A stretch of DNA of 64,000 bases from Octopus sinensis (GCF_006345805.1 NC_042999.1:172670001-172734000), one strand, 5' to 3'; counted from the first letter of the stretch, positions 51,576 through 61,856 are shown. Notes: generated by a model not told the origin, from the sequence alone. Numbers and translations: made by a program.

Positions 51576-53207
51576 GAAAACAGAAAGAAACAATGAGAGT
51601 ATATAAAGAATGTGTAGTCGCTAGCAATCTATCATGGTGAAGATGTTTGGTAAGCAGCGTCGATTTTTACTATTCTGTAGATAATAATAATAATACAATA
51701 TTCTACAAGCCTAAAGCCTATAATCGATCACCTTGCAATGACTAAAGTTTGAAAAATGTAGGAGTCTCGTAGGTAAAAAAGGAACATTCGTGGCTTTCTG
51801 TCCTCAGTCAAGACCAATTCGGGCAATTACACTTGTGACGGTTCGATCTGGTTGCCTCCCAAAACGTCTAAGCTAAGTGCATTAGACCACTTTGTAAGAA
51901 AGCTAACGAATGTGTACGGCAACAAAGACAGAAAAAACAAACATGATGTTAGTAAAGCGTGAGTAAAATTTTACAAGTAAAAAAAAATAGCTACCAATAT
52001 TTTATACAATATTTAAATTATCATACAGTTGCGAAAAATCATCCTGGATAGGAAAACCTGGAATTTTTTCGAAAATCAAATTCTCTGTACTATTTTAAAC
52101 ATCTAATTCGAGTTGCTATATAACAACCTATTTCTGTCGAATATGTGTTTCTATATGCGTGTGTGTGTGTGAGTATGGATGGATGAATGTAGGTAAGTAG
52201 GTATTGTTGAATACACTATCATGAAACACTTGCTGTAACGTTCAGGGCAAGTGGTTAGAAAGAATAAGACAGATGCTTTTCTTAGATAACCTCCAGGAAA
52301 TTGAAATTTATAAAATTCAACGAAGATTTCGGTGAGGCAATTACAATGATCAGCTAAACTTATCGTTCAAAATTACTGAAACTGTGACAAAGATATGGGC
52401 AAGTGAAACCTAGAAAACACGACGCAACAGTCACGCGTGCAAATCCGCCCTGACTTTTGGTTTCCGCCTGTTTTGTGCGATGATCAGCATTCTCAAACTT
52501 TAATACTCTCAACATAGAAGAAACTTCCAATTAGTGAAACTTTTTTAATTTGCAGATGCTTGAAAGAGCATCGACAATTATTCAATGTTTTCCAACAGCG
52601 ACAATTATATGCATTCAGCTCAATTACCCAACAAGCAAATGCTTTCTTTCACGAGTTCTGTTGAATATCCCTTAGTATATACATACTTACGTGTGCACAA
52701 TTGAACAATGAAATTACAAACAAAGCAGTCCTATATATATATATATTGATGGATGAGATATTGTTATGTAAATGCTGGAGATTAAACTATGTACCATATT
52801 CTGAACCACAGTAAAGAAATGCCTTGAGATCTATATAGTGGGGAAATGTATACATTAATCGATAGACTGCCAGCTATATTTTATGATATATATATATATA
52901 TATATATATATCCGTAATAATGAAGGGTGAAATTAATTAATTTGGAAAAATTATCAATTACACCAAGTAGTCTTCGGCATGTAAAAGCCTCATTCGAGGA
53001 ATATTTAAGTAATACTAAGCAATAAGGGTTTAGCAACGAATTGCCTTACCACATACCGAATTTAGAAATAGCAGTCAAAGGGTTATAGCTATTTCTTCTA
53101 CTAAAAAGGGAGATCTCAGTAAAAACAGCATTTGGAAGGCAGACACAAACAGGTAAGAGAGAATGAATTGACTGCAATCTATCATACATTTTTTTAGTTA
53201 TCCACGG

Positions 53208-53303
53208 ACGTACGTTTCGAAATCAAGTTTTTAGGAAAGCATAAGAATTAAATATTAAATATTAATAATTCTATCTTACCGAAACTTCTTTTCTCTTCAG
53301 CGT
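53208..53303 (-). ncRNA. Type I hammerhead with a 75-nt extended stem II (copy 1)
   Basis: Minus strand: ACG-CTGAAGA-[GAAA...75-nt imperfect hairpin...TTTC]-GAAA-CG-T-A-CGT; canonical CUGANGA/GAAA core, GUA cleavage triplet. Confidence 0.7.
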
Positions 53304-53805
53304 AGAATACTATAATCATAAATGATTATATATTGAATTTTGAGATACCAGAAGGCACCAACTCAACTCAGTATCAGAGCGAGCTAGAATCCGCAACTGG
53401 TATCACCGAATTCAATTTGTGAATGAAACGATTGTGTCAACATCCCCTTCCCACCCGCGTGTAGCCAAAACAAGATGCTGTGGTCATCTACTGAGATAAA
53501 ATATGGTTATCCGTAATAATGAAGGGTGAAATTAATTAATTTGGAAAAATTATCAATTACACCAAGTAGTCTTCGGCATGTAAAAGCCTCATTCGAGGAA
53601 AATTTAAGTAATACTAAGCAATAAGGGTTTAGCAACGAATTGCCTTACCACATACCGAATTTAGAAATAGCAGTCAAAGGTTATAGCTATTTCTTCTACT
53701 AAAAAGGGAGATCTCAGTAAAAACAGCATTTGGAAAGCAGACACAAACAGGTAAGAGAGAATGAATTGACTGCAATCTATCATACATTTTTTTAGTTATC
53801 CACGG

Positions 53806-53902
53806 ACGTACGTTTCGAAATCAAGTTTTTAGGAAAGCATAAGAATTAAATATTAAATATTAAATAATTCTATCTTACCGAAACTTCTTTTCTCTTCAGC
53901 GT
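53806..53902 (-). ncRNA. Type I hammerhead with extended stem II (copy 2)
   Basis: Same motif 598 nt away, with one extra base in the stem II arm. Confidence 0.7.
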
Positions 53903-54181
53903 AGAATACTATAATCATAAATGATTATATATTGAATTTTGAGATACCAGAAGGCACCAACTCAACTCAGTACCAGAGCGAGCTAGAATCCGTGGATAAC
54001 TAAAAAAATGTATGATAGATTGCAGTCAATTCATTCTCTCTTATCTGTTTGTGTCTGCCTTCCAAATGCTGTTTTTACTGAGATCTCCCTTTTTAGTAGA
54101 AGAAATAGCTATAACCCTTTGACTGCTATTTCTAAATTCGGTATGTGGTAAGGCAATTCGTTGCTAAACCCTTATTGCTTA

Positions 54182-54265
<84 letters not shown>

Positions 54266-55219
54266 GTCAGAAATTTGATGTGAATTTCATATACATAATA
54301 AAAGTTTAATATACTATATAATGAATTGAATTCTCTGTTGATGTATACCCAATTACAATATTTGTCTGCAGATAATATATTAATATATCTACGCTCAGTA
54401 AAATTTGGTGTATATATAACCATTTACCACGAAATATAAAATTTACATCTTAAAATTCTTGTTTTTTTTCTTCCTTAGCACACTCTCTTTTTGGTTATGC
54501 ATATAATGGGAAATATATATTAGCTCCTGGCAACATTTCTAGGAAACAGCATCCATCAGCTTACGTTTCAATAAAATGAGTTTAATTTGATAAATCGTAA
54601 TTTTTATCATTTTTATTCATATTTTTTTAATAAGCAACATGTATTTTTAAACATAACACCTATTCAGACATAAGATGAATATGATAGACTACACATTCAT
54701 ACTAATATAAACGCAACAAGACTAGAAGTGGCTATACGCAAATGCATGAAAACCATACGAAGGTAGGCGAACGTGAATTCATATTTTCATGAATATTAGT
54801 CTGATGGAGTATCGAAAGTAACTTGGAAAAATTCTATAATGTATTCAACCATAGAGAAATAAGCACATTGAATTAAATTATATATGAATCCCACTATTTG
54901 TATTTCTACTTTATATATCTTCTTCTGTCCATATGTATATCTATATCAATATGTATGTATATCTATTTCTATATATATATATGTATATCTAAATATATAT
55001 GTATTTATATTAATTATTAGCAACATAAGCAGTATTAGTATCAAAAGGTAATCTTTATGTCCGGCTTAATATGGATAACAGTTTATTAATCTTGAGAGAT
55101 CCTCTTGCTATATAAAAACACAGAGATCGATTTTCTACTAAAGTGTTTTTTAGTTGTTGTAACTGTGTATGCAGTACTCTATCGCTAGAAACCTGCACAC
55201 ATATCATTTTACATTCAAT

Positions 55220-55388
55220 GTTCCCGTCCCCGTCACTTAGCGGTTCGGCAAAAGAGACCGATAGAATAAGTACTGGGCTTACAAACAATACGTACCGGGG
55301 TCGATTTGCTCGACTAAAGGCGGTGCTTCAGCATGGCCGCAGTCAAATGGCTGAAACAAGTAAAAGAATAAAAGGAAAAGAAAGAATG
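55220..55388 (+). mobile_element. SINE family A, 3' half
   Basis: CTTAGCGGTTCGGCAAAAGAGACCGATAGAATAAGTACT...GGGGTCGATTTGCTCGACTAAAGGCGGTGC...GAAACAAGTAAAAGA. Confidence 0.85.
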
Positions 55389-56539
55389 TAAAATGAATTC
55401 ATGCTAGCGCAGCCACAGTCGTATGCTAAACTATCCGCATATAAAATCAAAATCTAGATACAAATTCTATATGTTTTTTTCTTATTATTTATAAGAGCCA
55501 AAAGTTTTTCAATCACTGTTAAATAATCATTTTAAGAATTTAGTATTTACTTCATCACAGAAATAATGGCCGCTTGTAAACTTGATGATGGAATCAATTA
55601 GTATTTTTATATAGATTTACAAGAATTTGGTGTTCACGAAATCTTTATATTAGGCAGCTTTCAGCGTTCAGACCCGTTGCTCCTGACATTTAGTTGCCGA
55701 AATTAAACACGCGCAAAATCCTGATTTCTGTGTACATGTAATGGAACATGACTTCTTGAAATAATTTGGACAAGAAAATAGTAAATGACAGTGGATGATC
55801 TTATTTCCATGAACTGGATATTTTCCGTATAAACTAAGCCATTTATCACATCAAAGTCTTGCATCAGGTGCATTAAACAAGACACTAAATTAATTTCACA
55901 CTTTAATTCAATTGATGGATGATTCCTAATATATAAATGTCGCTGATTCCTCTTAAACCTAAAGAATTATCATGAGAATGAGGTTCGTTATATCCCTTAG
56001 CTATTACAGAGTCCGTAATGATACCGAATTTAAACTGCCGAATGACATTTATTTTATTAATCAATTAAGAATGCAATGCAAAGTTAGATTAGATTTATAA
56101 ATACACCAGAAGTGGAGAGCAATAGCAGTTGTAGTGATGTGTTAGCAATAAATATATATTGTGTATGAATGCGGTGCAAATTTGTTAGCAGACATGCCAT
56201 CTCTCTTAGATATATTCACTTAACATGCAAACCGAATTACGGTCGAATTTTTGCTGATTATTATTCATACGCTAATCAAATATCTGGTGCTTCTATTCCT
56301 ATTGTATGAAGCCATATTATACTTAGGTTTAGCTATAACCTAGGCATCAACTTAGTTGAGATTCACAAATAGGTTTATTATAGACACAAAACTGCGTCGT
56401 CAAATTCTGCATTTGAGAGATTTTGGCGTCAACTCTTTCACGAAGAGCAGTGAAGTGTATAGTAAAACAAAACCGGTTTTCTCACTTAGTGTCATAGCAG
56501 TTCTGAGAGACATGATGTGCAGGTGTATTTAAGGTTTCA

Positions 56540-56542
56540 CAC

Positions 56543-56617
<75 letters not shown>
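56540..56617. repeat. (CT)n microsatellite
   Basis: Direct reading. Confidence 0.95.
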
Positions 56618-56621
<4 letters not shown>

Positions 56622-56669
56622 ATCTTACTCCGCATCGCTGAGGACCTGCCCGCTCGTTTACTTTTAATT

Positions 56670-56882
56670 ATATATTTCTTTATTGCCCACAAGGGGCTAA
56701 ATATAGAGGGGACAACCAAAGACAGACACACGGATTAAGTCGATTACATCGACCCCAGTGCGTAACTGGTACTTTATTTATCGACCCCGAAAGAAGGAAA
56801 GGCAAAGTAGACCTCGGCGGAATTTGAACTCAGAACGTAACGGCTACGCATTTCGCCCGGCGTGCTAACGATTGTGCCAGCT
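56670..56882 (-). mobile_element. SINE family B copy
   Basis: AAGTCGATTACATCGACCCCAGTG...CTGGTACT...ATCGACCCCGAAAG...GGAATTTGAACTC...CGTGCTAACGATT.TGCCAGC. Confidence 0.85.
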
Positions 56883-56968
56883 TTTCATTATAATTAACTT
56901 GTATGAGGTAAAACAGTTTCCTTCTTGCCATAATATGAATCTCTATCTCATCTCATTTAAATATTAAT

Positions 56969-57158
<190 letters not shown>

Positions 57159-57165
57159 GTAGATA

Positions 57166-57328
57166 GACGCATGCGTCGCTGTGTGGAAATAAGCCCCCTT
57201 CCCAACGACATGGTTCCAGGCGTTCAGTCACACTGCGTGGCGCCTGGAACAATTGTCTTCCACTATAACCACGAGCCCACCAAAGCCTTGTGAATGGATG
57301 TGGTAGATGGAAGCTGAAAGGAGCCTTT

Positions 57329-57381
<53 letters not shown>

Positions 57382-57593
57382 ATGCATGTCTGTGTGTCTG
57401 TGTTCGTCCCCCCATCGTCGCTTGATAACCTATGTTTTTTGTGTTTACTTCCGCGTAACATAGTGGTTCGGCTAAAGGGACCTTTAGAATAATTACTAGG
57501 CTTACAAAGAATATGTCCAGGGATCGATTTGTTTCAGTAAAGGCTGTGATCCAGTATGGCCGTAGTCACATGACTGAAACAAGTAAAAGAATA
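57166..57593 (+). mobile_element. SINE family A, full-length, older copy
   Basis: Head-to-tail alignment with the adjacent copy at 57608-58042, more diverged. Confidence 0.85.
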
Positions 57594-57607
57594 TAAGTAT
57601 ATATATA

Positions 57608-57781
57608 GGCACAGGAGTGGCTGTATGGTAAGTAGCTTGCTTACCAACTACATGGTTCCGGGTTCAGTCCCACTGCGTGACACCTTGAGCAAGTGTCTTC
57701 TACTGTAGCCTCGGGCCGAGCAAAGCCTTGTGAGTGAATTTGGTAGACGGAAACTGAAAGAGGTCCGTCGTATATATGTAC

Positions 57782-57826
<45 letters not shown>

Positions 57827-58042
57827 GTTGTGTGTCTGTGTTTGTCCCCCTAGCATTGCTTGACAACCGATGCTGGTGTGTTTACGTCGCCGTCCATTAG
57901 CGGTTCGGCAAAAACACCCGATAGAACACGTACTGGGTTTACAAAGAACAAGTCCTGGGGTCGATTTGCTGGAATAAAGGCGGTGCTCCAGCATGGCCGC
58001 AGTCAAATGACTGAAACAAGTAAAAGAGTAAAGAGTAAAGAG
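57608..58042 (+). mobile_element. SINE family A, full-length, best-preserved copy
   Basis: GGCACAGGAGTGGCTGTATGGTAAGTAGCTTGC...GGTTCCGGGTTCAGTCCC head; internal (TA)n(GT)n; tail ending (GTAAAGA)n. Confidence 0.9.
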
Positions 58043-58044
58043 TA

Positions 58045-58094
<50 letters not shown>

Positions 58095-58196
58095 CATACA
58101 TGCCACACGCTAAGAGGGACAATTAGTCATTTCTACCAAAAATATTACTAATCCCACCGAATGCAATTTTTCAAAGTAAGACATTTAAAAAATATA

Positions 58197-58242
58197 GACC
58201 TGTATCACAGTGATTTCATACTTACGTATTCATCAGCAGGCC
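58197..58242 (-). ncRNA. Type I hammerhead ribozyme (left copy)
   Basis: Exact reverse complement of 58774-58819. Confidence 0.85.
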
Positions 58243-58773
58243 TGGATGTATCATACATAAACGACCCTGCCCCGCTTAAGCCGATCAGCTAACTGATCAA
58301 CATCAACGAAGCACATGGGTGAGTTTACATATATTACATCCTGTAAATGGCGAACTTTTACGAATTGCATTTCGGGAAAGGAAAAGTTTTTTCGGAATAA
58401 AAATTTAGCAATTAAGGACAACTACTCAATAAGGAAAACTTAACAAGAAATTGTCAGGTAGATAGCGTGAAAACCTCATAAGAGAATAAATTTCGAAAAT
58501 AATTATTTCTTATTGAACATATTAATTTATATATAGAGGGCATTATACATACATGCCAGAGAGCATTATACATACATGCCACACGCTAAGAGGGACAATT
58601 AGTCATTTCTACCAAAAATATTACTAATCCCACCGAATGCAAATCAGCTAACTGATCAACATCAACGAAGCCCATGGGTGAGTTTACATATATTACATCC
58701 TGTAAATGGCGAACTTTTATCAGTTAGCTGATCGGCTTAAGCGGTGCAGGGTCGTTTATTTATGATACATTCA

Positions 58774-58819
58774 GGCCTGCTGATGAATACGTAAGTATGA
58801 AATCACTGTGATACAGGTC
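58774..58819 (+). ncRNA. Type I hammerhead ribozyme (right copy)
   Basis: GGCCTG-CTGATGA-ATAC(GTAA)GTAT-GAAA-TCAC.T.GTGA-T-A-CAGGTC: 6-bp stem I, canonical core, GNRA-capped stem II, palindromic stem III with a 1-nt loop; cleavage predicted after 58813. Confidence 0.85.
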
Positions 58820-59086
58820 TATATTTTTTAAATGTCTTACTTTGAAAAATTGCATTCGGTGGGATTAGTAATATTTTTGGTAGAAATGACTAATTGTCCC
58901 TCTTAGCGTGTGGCATGTATGTATAATGCTCTCTGGCATGTATGTATAATGCCCTCTATATATAAATTAATATGTTCAATAAGAAATAATTATTTTCCAA
59001 ATTTATTCTCTTATGAGGTTTTCACGCTATCTACCTGACAATTTCTTGTTAAGTTTTCCTTATTGAGTAGTTGTCCTTAATTGCTA

Positions 59087-59139
<53 letters not shown>

Positions 59140-59140
<1 letters not shown>

Positions 59141-60208
59141 ATAAAACGGTAAGATAACAAAAGAAAGAAAGAGACCTCAATATTATGTAAATAGAGGAAA
59201 TTTATCTATACAATATGTTACATTACTCGGTAGTCAAGATAAAACTCTGAGTTTCAGATGCCGAAGGGAAATCCACAACACCATCTCTTCGGTTATCTGG
59301 CTATTTGAAAACGTTATGAAAAAATACCGTTAAAAATGAAGGGAAATTACTCTGTTACAACTCTGCTTTGCCTGCGTACTTATACATCGCTCGCATTTTT
59401 CGTCATAAAAATTATATAAAAATACATAAAAATATATAAAAATATATAAAATCTTCTTGGGACATAACACAGAAAGCATGTTCTATCCGTTTTCTTTAGG
59501 GGACCAAAAACGTAACAGAAATTTAGTCACATGTGGGCATGATCCGAAAAGCTCTGTCCTTGTATTTAGACATGTGGTAGGGTCTAAGCTGCTTTTCCAG
59601 ATAAGCCATCTCTCCATGTCGCATAAACCGCACCTTCCGCTGCCGTTAGTATAGGGCTTACATCTGGCCAAAATCTTCCATTGTATGTTATAATCGACAC
59701 CTTTATCTCTTAAAGACCAAATATGATTGGATAATTGTGTCGCTTTTCTTTTGTTCCAGTGCCTAAAGCTCAAAGTGTGGTTATTGAACCTGGCCTTGAA
59801 ATTACCCTCTGTCAGGCCCACGTATTTCTTCGTCGAAACGGTGTCTTTAGTGGTTATAGAGTTTACGGTAGCTTCATATATGATGGTCTTGGACATGCAA
59901 GCTCCATTTAGCGGGCACAATTCTTTATTCCTGCATGAACAGCTGTTTTCTTCTTGTGTTTTTTGTATGTTATGATTGATTATGTTTTTAAAATTGGTAG
60001 TTGAACTAAAACTAATTTTTAAATTGTGTCTATTGAAGAGTTTCCTATAAGCATGGTTAACTGGAAAATGTCTATCTATCAGTGCTAGGAAATATTTACC
60101 TATATTGAAGGCCACCTCGGGTGAGTAAGGGGGCGTAAACCAGATGACCTTCCTATTTCTATTATTCCTTTTCCTTATTGTTGGGCTGGTTACATTACTC
60201 GGTAGTCA
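59140..60208 (-). mobile_element. 5'-truncated PLE of a second clade (thumb/linker + GIY-YIG EN + 3' pLTR)
   Basis: KVIWFTPPYSPEVAFNIGKYFLALIDRHFP...KLFNRHNLKISFS; CSCRNKELCPLNGAC; IIYEATV...KYVGLTEGNFKARFNNH; ORF 59483-60115 open for 210 aa. The Cys pattern differs from the 33-kb element. Confidence 0.88.
59237..59298 (-). ncRNA. Hammerhead-like motif, U4C core variant, in the PLE 3' pLTR
   Basis: Minus strand: AGATAA-CCGAAGA-GATG(21 nt)CATC-T-GAAA-CTC.A.GAG-T-T-TTATCT: perfect 6-bp stem I and palindromic stem III. Confidence 0.55.
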
Positions 60209-60514
60209 TCATCATTGTTCGACCGTGGTCGAGACTTTCATAGTCTTTTCAAATGGCTAATAATGTGTGCACGCGCCACTACTACACACATTGGAAAGCA
60301 TTGAACAACCAAGCACTAAAGAAGATCTTTCCTCCTCCATGAAACAAAGCTGTTCCCGCTGGACGTCAACCCAGTATTTCTAAGCTACGGACCCAGTGAC
60401 TTATTGTAAGGTTATCTCCCTAGATAGATTGCCTTCACTACGGCTAAGGAGCCCTTTCTACCCCATATATATATATATATATATACATACATACATACAT
60501 ACATATATATATAT

Positions 60515-60552
<38 letters not shown>

Positions 60553-60553
<1 letters not shown>

Positions 60554-61026
60554 AGTTTAACAATTAAGGATAATCTCTTAATAAGGGATCTTAACAAGAA
60601 ATTATCGGGTAGCTAGCGTGAAAACCTCATAAAAGAAAAGAATTCGAACATAATTTTTTTCTTTTGAACAAATTAATTATATCTATATTGTATAGAGGGC
60701 ATTATTACACATAAATGCCTCACACTAGGAGGGACAAAGTCATTACTACCAAAATTATACTAATCATACCCAAATGCAGTTTTTCAAAGCAAGACATTTA
60801 AAAAAATGAATTTAGTTCTGTATCACCGTGATTTCACATTCAAAGAAAATCCGAAAGAAAATCATTAGACGTAAGTTGAATGTGAAATCACGGTGATACA
60901 GAACTAAATTCATTTTTTAAATGTCTTGCTTTGAAAAACTGCATTTGGGTATGATTAATATAATTTTGGTAGTAATGACTTTGTCCCTCCTAGTGTGAGG
61001 CATTTATGTGTAATAATGCCCTCTAT

Positions 61027-61034
<8 letters not shown>
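60553..61034. mobile_element. Diverged relative of the 476-bp hammerhead element; 160-bp near-perfect inverted arms
   Basis: 60553-60835 is homologous to 58403-58565 + 58089-58217; arms 60684-60843 and 60876-61034 around a 32-nt spacer; (TA)n flanks; only the 3' half of the hammerhead (GAAA-TCAC.G.GTGA-TA-CAG) is present. Confidence 0.85.
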
Positions 61035-61097
<63 letters not shown>

Positions 61098-61099
<2 letters not shown>

Positions 61100-61856
61100 G
61101 ACCACTTGGTAACATTCAGCTTCGTCCCTTGAAAGGTAAAACTGAGTGCTTCCCAATTGGCGATGTCCACAAAAATTGTTTTCTTGCAGAGAATTAATGA
61201 CAAGAGCAAACAAAACAAAACAAAACAAGGAAAACGACACATAGTGTAATTTAGGACGGTGGACGAGGAGGAACAGTCGAACAAAATGTGACCGTAGAGC
61301 CAAGGGGACGAGAATAGTGGGTAACGCTTAGAAAATGCCTTGAAGGATGGAGAACGGAGAGACAGAGAATTCGTTATTGATCAGCTTCGAGACCAGTGTA
61401 ACAAAGGCAGAGAAAGGGGAACTTTCACTGGTCAAATGACAGCATCAGAAAGTGGCGAAAGACGGCGGGGAGAGGGAGCAACAGAGAAAAAAGGGAAATG
61501 GATGGAGGCGAAAGAGAAAGGCTAGGAATAAAAGGGAGTGAGAGAAAAAAGGAGTAAGTGTAAAGTCTAATATAGAAGTGAGAGGGTAAAAGAAAGAAAA
61601 GGAAGAATGAAGGCAAAAGAGAGGGTCACATGAGTATATAAAAACATATTCTCGTCTCTTTGGCCCCTCTTTGTTCGACTGTTTGTCCTCGTCCAGCATC
61701 CTAGGTCTCACTCTGTGTCATTATCCTTGTTTTGTTTCGTTTCATTTACTCTTTTCTCCAATTCTCCGAAAGAAAATCATTTTTTGCGGGCACCGCCAAT
61801 TGGGAAGCGCTAAGTCATCGTTAAAGGTGCGGAACTGAATATTACCAATTGGTCGA
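61098..61856. mobile_element. Non-autonomous DNA transposon/MITE with ~215-bp diverged TIRs
   Basis: 61098-61316 and 61647-61856 align in inverted orientation (GACCA.TTGGTAA.ATTCAG...GCTTCCCAATTGGCG...ACAGTCGAACAAA...GACGAGAATA); TA on both outer sides; purine-rich interior, no ORF. Confidence 0.7.

Larger units (their letters stand above)
52910..54185 (-). mobile_element. ORF-less tandem (~599-bp unit) plus inverted element carrying two hammerheads; retrozyme/PLE-pLTR-like
   Basis: 52910-53508 repeated from 53509 to 53992 (about 5 differences), then 53989-54185 = reverse complement of 53012-53208; (TA)n on both flanks. Confidence 0.85.
58089..59086. mobile_element. Second ORF-less hammerhead element (~476-bp unit) in tandem + deleted + inverted arrangement
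   Basis: 58089-58564 unit; restart at 58565 with a 117-bp deletion at 58642/58643; 58719-59086 is an inverted copy reading across the unit junction; (TA)n on both flanks. Confidence 0.85.

Noticed and set aside
52955-53005. CGAATGA-GGC(ttttacat)GCC-GAAG motif in the 599-bp unit (minus strand)
   Set aside because: Core deviates at several positions and stems I and III cannot be formed; not called as a second ribozyme.
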